In this document: positions 18,434 to 28,400 of the stretch, piece after piece
Layout: each line of letters opens with the position of its first letter
Position numbering within the stretch: the stretch's first letter is position 1
Virus record (IMG/VR): IMGVR_UViG_3300021431_000087
Coordinates: 1 to 64,000 of that record
Source: a virus
Lineage: Duplodnaviria; Caudoviricetes
Length of the DNA: 64,000 bases
Strand: one strand, 5' to 3'
The notes under the pieces: model-generated
The model's database searches: none
Told to the model about the DNA's origin: nothing
The model's input: the letters and a program-made list of their open reading frames with translations, nothing else
Program-made: the position numbers and the translations under genes

Positions 18434-19053
18434 TCTAAAAAAATCCTTTTTGCCTTGCGCCAGTAGTACATCCTGTTGGCAAGACCATTTGTTCCACCGT
18501 TAATCTTCTTAGTAATGCCCTTCACGTCGTCGTTGTCAGCGAGTTTGTTACAGCCTCGTGAGTACCAAAACCACATGGCTGATTTCAAACGACCGGGGGC
18601 TTTCGTCAAGAGGTCAGGGTAATTGAGGATATTACCAGTACAATAACCGCTATTCTGGTACAGCTTATAATTGCTTTTTCCCGTTAACTGGATATACCCC
18701 CTGCCCCTATAAACATAGCCCTCTTTCGTATCCTCTGAGCCGTTGCCCATGCGGTTGCCATAGATACGACTCGCGATCATTACAGGCTTGTTGGCATAGG
18801 CTTTAGCCTGCTCCTTTGTGAAATGCTTCGGGAATGTCCTCAACAGCGCGTCAGCCGAGTAGTTAAGGTTTTCCTCCACACGGGTAAACCCCACACTCTC
18901 ATGCGCCAGCTGCGCCCAAAAATTGGCTATCCTCAAAGGGGTGTTGATACCGAACCTGTCTGCCCACTCGTTGAAGAAGCGGACATCATCGTCTACCCGT
19001 TCCTTTGGGTAGGTAAAGCATAATTGCAACAGTTGTGACTTACTTATTCTCAT
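18430..19053 (-). CDS. Endolysin, glycoside hydrolase family 19
   Basis: 'AQLAHES', 'EENLNYSA', 'YRGRGYIQLTGKSNY', 'ITKKINGGTNGL'. Confidence 0.92.
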   Translation of the reverse strand: MRISKSQLLQLCFTYPKERVDDDVRFFNEWADRFGINTPLRIANFWAQLAHESVGFTRVEENLNYSADALLRTFPKHFTKEQAKAYANKPVMIASRIYGNRMGNGSEDTKEGYVYRGRGYIQLTGKSNYKLYQNSGYCTGNILNYPDLLTKAPGRLKSAMWFWYSRGCNKLADNDDVKGITKKINGGTNGLANRMYYWRKAKRIFLE

Positions 19054-19603
19054 CTTTCTTCTCTTCGTTTAAGGTTTGCGTAATAGTCTCTTCGAGGGCG
19101 TTTCCTAAATCCTCATCCTTCGTCTTGGCGAAGCCGGCTAAGAACCTGCCGAAAAAGACGAATGCTGACTTCCAAGAAATATCGGGCTTGCGTACGTCCT
19201 TTAGGTAGAGGAAGTGACCGGCTATGCTACACAACTCACAGACAAATGCTATAAGCATGGCTATTCCTGCCGTAACGATGTGGTCGCACCAACCGTAAGG
19301 CTCCGTCACTGCATAGCCGAGAATGCAAAATACCAGCAGCAGTGTCATGTAGTCGATGAACTTGTTGCACGTACGGCGGATGGCACGGCTCAGATGGAAC
19401 TCTGTCATCTTAGCTAAGGTGGCGTTGCCCGCTGCCACTGCCTCTTTGTGGCGTTTCTTGCTCTCTGCCCTGCCGAAGCGGAAGTCGGCAATGATAAGGA
19501 CAATACAGAAGGCTATCATCCATCTAAGGTCTTGGATGGCCTGTATTGCCTCGCCACCCATCACTCCCCATGTGAATGCCTGCCCGACGTTTCTTGTAGT
19601 CAT
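19040..19603 (-). CDS. Holin
   Basis: About three TM segments, 'SRAIRRTCNKFIDY', charged C-terminal tail, overlaps the endolysin start. Confidence 0.8.
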   Translation of the reverse strand: MTTRNVGQAFTWGVMGGEAIQAIQDLRWMIAFCIVLIIADFRFGRAESKKRHKEAVAAGNATLAKMTEFHLSRAIRRTCNKFIDYMTLLLVFCILGYAVTEPYGWCDHIVTAGIAMLIAFVCELCSIAGHFLYLKDVRKPDISWKSAFVFFGRFLAGFAKTKDEDLGNALEETITQTLNEEKKDENK

Positions 19604-19628
19604 TGTTCAGTTCCTTTCTCTTTAAAGA

Positions 19629-19916
19629 TTAAACAACATGGATGACAAAGAACAACAACAGTCCTATGCCGTCCGCAACAAGGTCTTTCTTCTCGACCAC
19701 GCCCGTAGTCTTCTTGTCGTAGACCTCCTTGCCTATGGCGACCGCAGCACCTGCCAAAACACCGAAGATGCTTCTCACAACTCTACTGAATCCGAAGGGC
19801 AGGAACAGCACCGATGCCACCCACGCAATAACCATGAGCAACACGATGTGCATCCACTTGTCCACGCCGAAGGCAACAAGCCTTTCCACGAGTTTATCCC
19901 ATTTTTCTCTGTTCAT
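19629..19916 (-). CDS. Small membrane protein
   Basis: 'DKWMH...GKEVYD...DLVADGIG' pattern with hydrophobic segments. Confidence 0.7.
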   Translation of the reverse strand: MNREKWDKLVERLVAFGVDKWMHIVLLMVIAWVASVLFLPFGFSRVVRSIFGVLAGAAVAIGKEVYDKKTTGVVEKKDLVADGIGLLLFFVIHVV

Positions 19917-19928
19917 GGTGCGCCAAGA

Positions 19929-20252
19929 TTAAAGGATTAAACCTGCTATGACAAGAGCTGCCAAGACACAACCGACAATAGCCCTCAACAGTTCCACACC
20001 GACACTTGTGCCTGTATAACCCGTCTCACCCTCATTCTCTGCCTCTTTCGTTAGACGGTATGAGTAGTACATCTCCAGGAATGCGCTAAGCATAAAACCG
20101 ATGCACGGTGAGAGGATGATGAGTTTCTCGTTATCTACACCCTCGTCAAACTGTGAGAATAGGACTGACACAAGGATTGACAGAAAGAAAGCAATCCACA
20201 CGAATAGCGTACTTGACGCTAACTTTTCCTTTAGTTCTTTGTAATTCTTCAT
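19929..20252 (-). CDS. Small membrane protein (3 TM)
   Basis: 107 aa with three hydrophobic stretches, upstream of the holin. Confidence 0.7.
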   Translation of the reverse strand: MKNYKELKEKLASSTLFVWIAFFLSILVSVLFSQFDEGVDNEKLIILSPCIGFMLSAFLEMYYSYRLTKEAENEGETGYTGTSVGVELLRAIVGCVLAALVIAGLIL

Positions 20253-20282
20253 AATTTTTTTTGTTTTAAAGTTAATATTCTG

Positions 20283-20507
20283 TTATTCTCCAAATACTAT
20301 CGGGAAGGTGTAGGTGAAACCGTAGGTCTTGTCGGTACTCTTTGCGTACTCCGAGCGTGACAGCGTATGGAGTATCGTCAGCAGTTCCGCATTATCCATC
20401 ATCGGCAGGGATGAAAGGATTCCTCCGTTCACCGTCAGCCTCACAAGCCCTCCCGTCAGTTGCTTGGAGCGTATTCCGATTTGTATGTCACCTGTATTAT
20501 CACTCAT
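20283..20507 (-). CDS. Hypothetical protein
   Basis: 74 aa, C-terminal 'GFTYTFPIVF' motif seen in phage structural genes. Confidence 0.6.
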   Translation of the reverse strand: MSDNTGDIQIGIRSKQLTGGLVRLTVNGGILSSLPMMDNAELLTILHTLSRSEYAKSTDKTYGFTYTFPIVFGE

Positions 20508-20510
20508 AAC

Positions 20511-23500
20511 TTACGGGTTTTCTATAACCTCTCCTCCACCTGTGTCAGGACGTACCAGTCCATTATCATCAAAATCATGTTCTTCGCCTTCATTGGACCT
20601 TGAACGTCCTGTCGGGCTTTCCTTCGTTCTTGTGGCTACCTTGGTCATCTTTCCATTTGTAACCTGATACACATCACGTGAGGTTACACGGTACTCGACA
20701 AGAAGGTCTTGGGCCACGTCTTCCCTTTCATAGGTATACGATATTGCCACTCCTGTATAATAGCCGTTTGCCATATATGAGGAAGTAGGTACGCCAGTTG
20801 CGTTCATTTCAGTCGTCGTAAACCAACTCTGATTATAGGATGATGCTGTTGAAGTTCCGCTAATGTTGTACGTTATCGTATCGTCACTCATCTGTACATA
20901 TCCTTCCGAGAATTTATAATACTCGGTGTAAGCAGAAAGCGACCAGTCACTCATATCTAACGTAGAGGTATAATTGGTTATCTTATAGAAGCTGCCAGAC
21001 TCCCATGAGTTTCCTACGTTCTTCACAACATATGTACCACCGCCAGAGTCTACAATTATCGTATTGTCTCCTGTTACGGCATTCTGTACGTTCCCGTTGT
21101 CATCGAGATATTCTATGACGGGTTTCCCCTCTACAATGCCTGTTCTGTACTTCGGTGTATCGGTGTATACTCCAGTTGAAGAGTTCTGTGCGTATGTACC
21201 CATCTCAAGTTTTCCTGCGAGGATTTTCGTGTACACCCCATTAGCTCTCGAAACTACACCCTCGGAGAACAGAGACGGGATAACGGCATTGTTGAGAATG
21301 GATAGCGATGTGGCTTGTATCGCACCTGTGACGACGGCACTTTTCATCGTGGCATTATTCATCGTTACGTTACCTTCATCATCAACGGAGAACTTTACAA
21401 CCTTACTGCTACCTGTTCCGTTTGTTATAATCTCCCTTGGAGCGATGTTTGTTCCTTTCCAGTTGACGTTTTCGGCATCGATATTCAAGTCACCCGCATT
21501 TATCTCTACCGTAGAGCCTGTAAAACTTATAGTTCCTCCCTCGAATGATAGCTTTTTATTCGCAGAAAGTGAGATAGTCTTTCCTTCGGCGTTTATTCTA
21601 TCCGCATCGAGCTTTATAACACCAGTCGGTGCTCCGTTCTCGTAAACGATAATCGTTTTCAGTGCGGCAAGTGCCGACGTACCTGTTGCATTGTTGATGG
21701 CGGAAGCGAACATCGCCGCGTAGTTATTCTGGGTTGTAATACCGCTTGCGTAGTCAATATTTGGGTCAACGGAACTTGCTCCAAAAACGGACATGATAAT
21801 TGCATCACCGTAGTTCTGTATGACACCCGTCGAATCATCAAGAATCTTCACCCATCCTTGCTCGCTATACACCCAAACACCAAGACTTCCCTCAATTGTT
21901 CTCTTTGTAAAGTTGTCCGTGAACGTACTCCTACGCATATACAGGTCGAACTTATGCAAACTTTTGGTCGGCATTGTAGCTGACTTGTATATCCTAAACG
22001 AGCCATCTCCGAGAACACCGTAAGCCTCCATAAACAGACTAACGATATGGCTGTCGGAAATAGTGATTCCACCTACCGTTAGGCTAACAGGGTTTGAGGA
22101 GGTATTGAATATTATATCGTTTGTTGAAGGCTGCGTTCCCATATAGGCCGTGGCATAGGTCTTACTGCCCGTGATGATGTCGTTAAGGTTATCTTCCAAA
22201 GCCACAACAATCTCCGCTAACACATTCGTTATCGACACACCTATCTGTGAGGTGACGGGAGTCCAGTCGGACATGGTTCCAGTAATTTGCTGAACATCAG
22301 CGGTACACATATACAATGTGTCACCTTGCAACCACAGGTCGCCTGTGCTATAAGGCAGACTCGGCACGGTGGGGCTGATGAAATAGGAAATCTTCGAGGC
22401 GATAACGTTCATCTGCTCACCGTTCAATTCCGCCAAAGCTGTATAGAAGGCATCCCACCTCGCCCTATATTGAGCAGCTGTCCAGTTATCATCGGAAAGA
22501 ACGGTGTCTGTTGACAAGTCGGTCAGCCATTCTGGAGTTGTATTATAGGCATATCCGCTCGGTGTTCCTGTGTGGGCTGGATCGTAGGCATCGAGCATCT
22601 TCCACAGGTTGATATAGGCGGTGTCTAAAGCACTTGTGCTCATACCAGCCTCCGTAGCGCTGAGTTTCGTCTGGTGATACATCTCTGCCGCATTCTTCCA
22701 CTCTATGTAGATACGGGACTTCTCGCTGCCCGCAGAGAGTATTCCGTCATCTGCCACGTCACGAATCTTCTCCAAAGAGGCACGTGTGTCAAGGTCGAGT
22801 ATTTCTTCCCATTCGTAAGTGTCCGATGAAAATGTCCTTGTCGTAGGCTGGCCGTTGACGTAAACGGTCATCGTTGAACCTGCCTCGAAGAACATCCATC
22901 GCCATCCACGACCGCCCGAGGAAGCGGCTGCACGGTTGATATCGTAGTATATATCCTGTACGTGCTCTGCTTCCGTTCCCTCGGCTATCCATGTGCGTGC
23001 GGGCTCGTTTGACAAGGTGGGCGTTCCAATGCCGTAGATGATGTCAAACTTTGCGTCATTCTGCGCCTTGATAGCCTCCACGTCGGTCTGTAGGGTGTTG
23101 ATAGCCTCCTGATTGCCGACACCTTTCTTCGTTGTCTTCCACAAGGCATCAAACTGTGTCTTTGAGATGCCCGCCTCGGTATTGTTCGTCGTGGTGTCAC
23201 CATCAGTCTTGTTGATGGAAATAGAGTCAATCTTATCACGCATACCACCCGTGAGGGTCTTTCTGCGCCACGATCCGACAGTTACCTCTGCCACAAGCGT
23301 ATCAAGATCGGCATTGATATTGGTAACTACTCCTGTATGATTTGTTCCCGTTATCTCATTGGCAAAGGTATATGTCTGTCCCAACATCGGGAAATCGGCT
23401 ATGCTATTCGCTATGACCGTTCCACTATAGTCAGGTTTATCGTTTACCATCATGGCAATCACCTCTTGTGCAGTGGCCTCCAACTCCCTCTGTGCTATCG

Positions 23501-24839
23501 AATAATAGGTATTGTCGTTCGGGTCTGTGGCAGTTGCCACGGCTACATTGACAAGTGTTACCTTATTTCCAATCTTTGGTATAACACCTGTACCATTCCC
23601 GAGTTCATTACCGGGCAGAATTGTGTCACCCTCCGATGTGAAGATGATGCGGAACCATCCTGCGTCCACGCCAAAAGGATTAGTCGATGGGCGTATCGTT
23701 GTAGCGTCAATGGCATCGTCCTCTTCCCACTCACTTGTATAGCTGTCGAAGTAGACAACCTCAAACTGACGGCCTGCCAACGGACAAGTGTCCTCCGTGT
23801 TAGTGTAGTCTGGTTGGAACAACAGGCCAAGCGGTTTGTCGTCTATCTGTATGCCAACATCGTGAGTATAGGGTGTTTTATCCTTGTATTCCAACTTTAC
23901 ATACCATTTTGTGTACACCTTATAAGTCGCTACTACCTGTTGTCCGTCAACAGTTGTATAGGTATCTGGTATGCGCTCGCCATTCTCATCCGTTAAGAAA
24001 CAGAGACGTTGCCTTACGTTGCTGATATACAATTCCAATTTCGGGTATATATCATCGAAGATAAGGTCTGTTGTGAGCCTTATAGATGGTGTTCCGTGCA
24101 CTATTACAGAACCAGGATATTGAGCCTCATTAAGCATCAGTCGTTGTATGACAGGGGCATAAGAACCTGACAAACTCTTTTTCGCCATGTTCGTTGTACC
24201 TCCGAGAACACGGAAACAGTTGTAGTATTCACCGCTGATGGTTGATCCTGCGATAAAGCGGATGACGTGAGCGTTCCAATCGAAGAACACGTTGCAACCG
24301 ATGGCATCAGCAATCCTCGAGGCAGCCGCCTTTATGGAGCAGCCGTCAAAATCCACCGTTATCGCACTATTGGCGTTGGTTATAGAGAGTTGGTAAGTCC
24401 ACGTCTTTGGTGTCTCACCTTCCATGAGGAATGTCTGCTTGAACTCGCTGTCTATCTCACCATATTCCGTCATGAAGTCGCATAACTTCTGCGCTATAGT
24501 CCTCGGCAGTCCTGTGAAAGATGAGGTGTACAAGTCCACCGTACTGCCGCTCACCTCCCTTGACGTTATGTAGAACGGTACTCTTGTCAAACGAGCCAAC
24601 GGGTGCAGGAAAGTAGGCTCATACCTCACGTGTACCTTTGATGCGTCGCTCGGTGCATAAGGCTCTAACAAGGAATACTTCACGCCCTTGAAGTGTACGG
24701 ATGCTCCTACGGGCAGAACCTCGTAGGTGTCGGCGTTCCATGATATGGTGATACCTCCCGTCCCATCTACATTGTCGTTAAGGCGGGCTGACTCGTACAC
24801 CGAGGGAAGCGTGAACAGTTCTTCTTGGAAATCTATCAT
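20511..24839 (-). CDS. Tail tip / baseplate hub (Tal-like) protein with fibre extension
   Basis: 1442 aa, follows Dit; 'FRVLGGTTNM', 'LIFDDIYPKL', coiled coil and beta-rich C-terminus. Confidence 0.75.
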   Translation of the reverse strand: MIDFQEELFTLPSVYESARLNDNVDGTGGITISWNADTYEVLPVGASVHFKGVKYSLLEPYAPSDASKVHVRYEPTFLHPLARLTRVPFYITSREVSGSTVDLYTSSFTGLPRTIAQKLCDFMTEYGEIDSEFKQTFLMEGETPKTWTYQLSITNANSAITVDFDGCSIKAAASRIADAIGCNVFFDWNAHVIRFIAGSTISGEYYNCFRVLGGTTNMAKKSLSGSYAPVIQRLMLNEAQYPGSVIVHGTPSIRLTTDLIFDDIYPKLELYISNVRQRLCFLTDENGERIPDTYTTVDGQQVVATYKVYTKWYVKLEYKDKTPYTHDVGIQIDDKPLGLLFQPDYTNTEDTCPLAGRQFEVVYFDSYTSEWEEDDAIDATTIRPSTNPFGVDAGWFRIIFTSEGDTILPGNELGNGTGVIPKIGNKVTLVNVAVATATDPNDNTYYSIAQRELEATAQEVIAMMVNDKPDYSGTVIANSIADFPMLGQTYTFANEITGTNHTGVVTNINADLDTLVAEVTVGSWRRKTLTGGMRDKIDSISINKTDGDTTTNNTEAGISKTQFDALWKTTKKGVGNQEAINTLQTDVEAIKAQNDAKFDIIYGIGTPTLSNEPARTWIAEGTEAEHVQDIYYDINRAAASSGGRGWRWMFFEAGSTMTVYVNGQPTTRTFSSDTYEWEEILDLDTRASLEKIRDVADDGILSAGSEKSRIYIEWKNAAEMYHQTKLSATEAGMSTSALDTAYINLWKMLDAYDPAHTGTPSGYAYNTTPEWLTDLSTDTVLSDDNWTAAQYRARWDAFYTALAELNGEQMNVIASKISYFISPTVPSLPYSTGDLWLQGDTLYMCTADVQQITGTMSDWTPVTSQIGVSITNVLAEIVVALEDNLNDIITGSKTYATAYMGTQPSTNDIIFNTSSNPVSLTVGGITISDSHIVSLFMEAYGVLGDGSFRIYKSATMPTKSLHKFDLYMRRSTFTDNFTKRTIEGSLGVWVYSEQGWVKILDDSTGVIQNYGDAIIMSVFGASSVDPNIDYASGITTQNNYAAMFASAINNATGTSALAALKTIIVYENGAPTGVIKLDADRINAEGKTISLSANKKLSFEGGTISFTGSTVEINAGDLNIDAENVNWKGTNIAPREIITNGTGSSKVVKFSVDDEGNVTMNNATMKSAVVTGAIQATSLSILNNAVIPSLFSEGVVSRANGVYTKILAGKLEMGTYAQNSSTGVYTDTPKYRTGIVEGKPVIEYLDDNGNVQNAVTGDNTIIVDSGGGTYVVKNVGNSWESGSFYKITNYTSTLDMSDWSLSAYTEYYKFSEGYVQMSDDTITYNISGTSTASSYNQSWFTTTEMNATGVPTSSYMANGYYTGVAISYTYEREDVAQDLLVEYRVTSRDVYQVTNGKMTKVATRTKESPTGRSRSNEGEEHDFDDNGLVRPDTGGGEVIENP

Positions 24840-24841
24840 AA

Positions 24842-25255
24842 CTAACTATTTGCTTCGTAAAACACTACATCGAACTTGGCAAGTTCCTGCATGAACTCGG
24901 TGAAGTTCTGTACATCTTGGTAGTAGAGATGGAATGTCTCATCCTTATATACCGAGCGAAGACTTATCGGCTGCGTGCCGTTGAGCACGCTCTGGCAGAA
25001 AGCATCGTATCTTGCCCAGAACGTTGCCTTGTCGGGCGCCGTGATGTGCATCGGCAGGGATATCGTCCTTTCATCCACATATCCCGTTCCGACCACCACT
25101 GCGGCACCGTTGGCCGTAACGTTCTTGTTCGTCACAGGCTGTTTGTGGGAACGAGGTGTCATCAAGCGTGACAGCCCCTCATCCTCCAATGATAGCCCCC
25201 ATGTGTTATAGGCATCCTGCCCGTTGATAAATAATTCTCCTGCTGGCATAATCAA
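24842..25255 (-). CDS. Distal tail protein (Dit-like)
   Basis: 'LFINGQDAYNTWGL...DERTISLPMHI'; located after the tape measure gene. Confidence 0.75.
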   Translation of the reverse strand: MIMPAGELFINGQDAYNTWGLSLEDEGLSRLMTPRSHKQPVTNKNVTANGAAVVVGTGYVDERTISLPMHITAPDKATFWARYDAFCQSVLNGTQPISLRSVYKDETFHLYYQDVQNFTEFMQELAKFDVVFYEANS

Positions 25256-25450
25256 TTATTGTTTGTAAAGACAGACATAAACCAGCCGACCTGCACACTC
25301 CGAGAAAAGAATGGTCAGTATGGTATGTTGCTCGCAGAAGTTGCTGAGAATGACGTTTCCCTGCCTCTCCATATCCTCGGGACGAAAGACGAACGTATGC
25401 TGCTTCACGCCCACTTTATTCTCAAATTGCGGTCTGTTTGTACTTTCCAT
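25256..25450 (-). CDS. Hypothetical protein
   Basis: 64-aa ORF exactly filling the TMP-Dit gap. Confidence 0.55.
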   Translation of the reverse strand: MESTNRPQFENKVGVKQHTFVFRPEDMERQGNVILSNFCEQHTILTILFSECAGRLVYVCLYKQ

Positions 25451-25454
25451 ATCA

Positions 25455-28400
25455 TTATAGTTTAGAGAGTTTGTTATCTATTGATTGCAATCTCGGCAAG
25501 AACTCCGCACGAATTCCCTCGGTGGCTATCTTGACGGCATAGAGGTGTTCGTTGGTCGTGCGGAGCATGGAGCGTATCTCCATTACGGTATTTCCGTTAG
25601 GCGATGCTATACCACCCATCATCTGCAAAGTGGAGAGTATCTGTTTCCTTACGTCATTACCCTGCTCCAAGGCTATCTGCTGTGCCGTGGCTATCCCTAA
25701 GTACAGTTCAAACTGGTCATAGGTGGCCTTGTCAGCCATGTTGACGTGCGCCTCCTGATCTGCAAGTGCGGAGGTGTCGGTAATGCCCATCAGCTCCTGT
25801 ATGGCTCTGGCCTGCTCGGTGTAGTTGTCCCTTGCGTCACCGATGACACGTTTCAAGTCCAACAACTGTGCAGCACGGTCACTCTCCGATATGTCGCTAT
25901 CCATGATCTGACGGTAGCGTTCCTGCCACTCATTGAGCATTTTGTCGAAGCCCTCGCCAAGCACGAACTTATCCACAAATGCCTCGGTGAGTATCTTATT
26001 GATGTTGTCGGCGAAGTCCTCGGTGGAACTCTCCATATCCATGAGGTCGGAGAGGAAAGAGGAACGCAGACCGCTCAGCGGTGTGTCCTCGGCAACATAC
26101 TCCAGTTCCTTTAGGTCGTCTAAGAGAGGCTGTACGGCTCTCGCTGCGTCCTCCCTCATTTGCACCATCTGCTGACGGATATTCTCTATGGCTGCGCTGT
26201 CACCGTTCTGCAGTGCTTTCGCCCACTCGTTGTTCAGTTCGTCGAGTTTATTCTGGAACTGGTTCTTTAGCTGGGTGTCAATCATCTGCTCGATGAGCGT
26301 CCTGCCTATCTCCTTGCCGAATGTCTCGGCATCAGCTTCCATATCCATGAGGGTGTTGACGAACGTACTGCGCAGGTCTGAGAATGGCAGTTCCTGTTTC
26401 TCCGTGATACCCAGTTGAGCGAGTATGTCGTGCACCACAGGCTGTGCTTGTTCAAAGGCTTGCTTGGCGGCTTCTATCTGCGGCGTGAGGGCTGTGAGTA
26501 CACTGCTCACGGTAGCACCCTCCACGCTCATTGCTGCGTTGAAGGCTTTCTGTAACTCATCGAGGAACGGCTGTATCATCGTAGAAGAAACCATCTCATC
26601 GACAATCTTCTCTGCCATCTTGCGTCCTACCGACTCTGCCCAATCCTCTGCCGTGGCATCGAGGTTCATCAGCTGACTGCGGAAGTCACCGCCCATATCC
26701 TTGAAGGTAGTGTCGTTGACAACATCCTGAACATAGCCCAGAGCGTTCATGTATTCCTGTGCCTGTTTAGCCAAAGAGCCACGCAAGTCCTCCAACTCTT
26801 TTCTTAGGGCTATCAGTCCCTCGGTGTCGTTAGCCTCCAGTGCGCTCTCAAAGCTCTCACGCCATGCGTCCATCTGCTGATCGAAGGCATCATTGAGGAT
26901 ATTCCTCTCCACAAGCTGCTCCACCATCGTCTTGGTGATATTCTTCGACCATGCCTCTACGTCACCGTTGATGTCTGTGAGTGTAGAGAGGAACGAACTG
27001 TGCAAGTCCTCGAAGGCCGACTTCGTTTCATCCTTTGCTTCCTCGGCATCAATACCGAATGCCTCCCACATCTGCTTGGATTTCTCGCTGATCTCGCCCG
27101 TGGTCTTGTCGAACTCGGCATTAAGCTCTGCCAACTGACGATCATAGTCGGTCTGTGAGATTACCCCGTCTGTGAGGTCGCTCATCAGCTTAGAGTAACG
27201 CTCTGCCCATCCGTTGGACCACTTATCAAACTCCTCGTCAAGCAGCTTGCTCTGTATGAGGTTCTGTAGGATGGAATTACGCAGGTTGTTGCCCCACGCC
27301 TCCATGTCTGTCTCACTGTCCGAAACAAGCTGCTCGAATGCACTTCGAATGGTATCGAGGTATTCCAGTGTATCTTCCGTTGTCTTGTCGGCCGCATCAT
27401 CGATGGTCTTGATAATACCCATCTCCTGAAAATTCTTCATTTGACCTTGGGCACCAGTGACAAGATTCTCGTACTGCGTTCTTAGTTCTTCAAGTTTCCT
27501 TTGATATTCCTCATCGGTAGTGATAATACCCGTATTCCTTTCTTCCTGAACTTTTGCAAGATCATCGTACCATTTCTTAATGTCTCCCTGGAAATCCTTT
27601 AGGATAAGGTTGTTGATAACCATGCGGTTTATCATCTGCTGCCAATTGGTAGCGATATTATCCATCACTTCCTCGGAGCCGTCTGCAAGGTCATATAGAG
27701 AGTTTTTGAAATTCTCCAAGACATTGTCCTTCGTAGTGAGAGTCAGCTTCTCCGATAGGTTATTAGCTATTTCCTCAAAGGCTGTCCCGAACTCATCAAC
27801 ATACTCATTAAGCATGTTGGCAAGTTGGTCAGAACGACCACCGGAACCACCCTCCACACGATACTCTCTAAGGATTTTAGCCCACAGTTCACCATTGTTT
27901 AACTCAATAATCTTCTGCATCTGCTCGGCAGTAAGACTAAGGAAATCCTTAGAAGACTTCACGGTAACCCCAAGCAATTGACTCACCTGCCTCATAGCCT
28001 CTTTCCAACCACTGTTATCTTCTACTGAGGAATGTAGGCTGCTTCTCCAAGTCCCATGCTTATTACCTTCTGCTATCATAGCATTCTGATAATCCCTCAT
28101 CCGCTGCTCCTGCAGCTTCTGAATGTCCTCGGCCTTATTCATGGCATCTATACCATAGGAATTGTTGAAAGCCTTCTCCAAAGAACTCATCGCCTTTGCA
28201 AGCGCATCGCTATGAGCATTGAGGTCGTCAATCTTCTTTTGCATCTTAGCAGTATTGTCTGCGCCTATGCCAATAACATTAGAAAGGTCTTTCATCGTGT
28301 TGATAGCCTTTGATGCAGCACCGATATAATTCCCGGATGCGAAATCCGACATGGCACCCATCGCGTTGCTGGCAGCAGAGGCGACCTGTCCCACTTTCTG

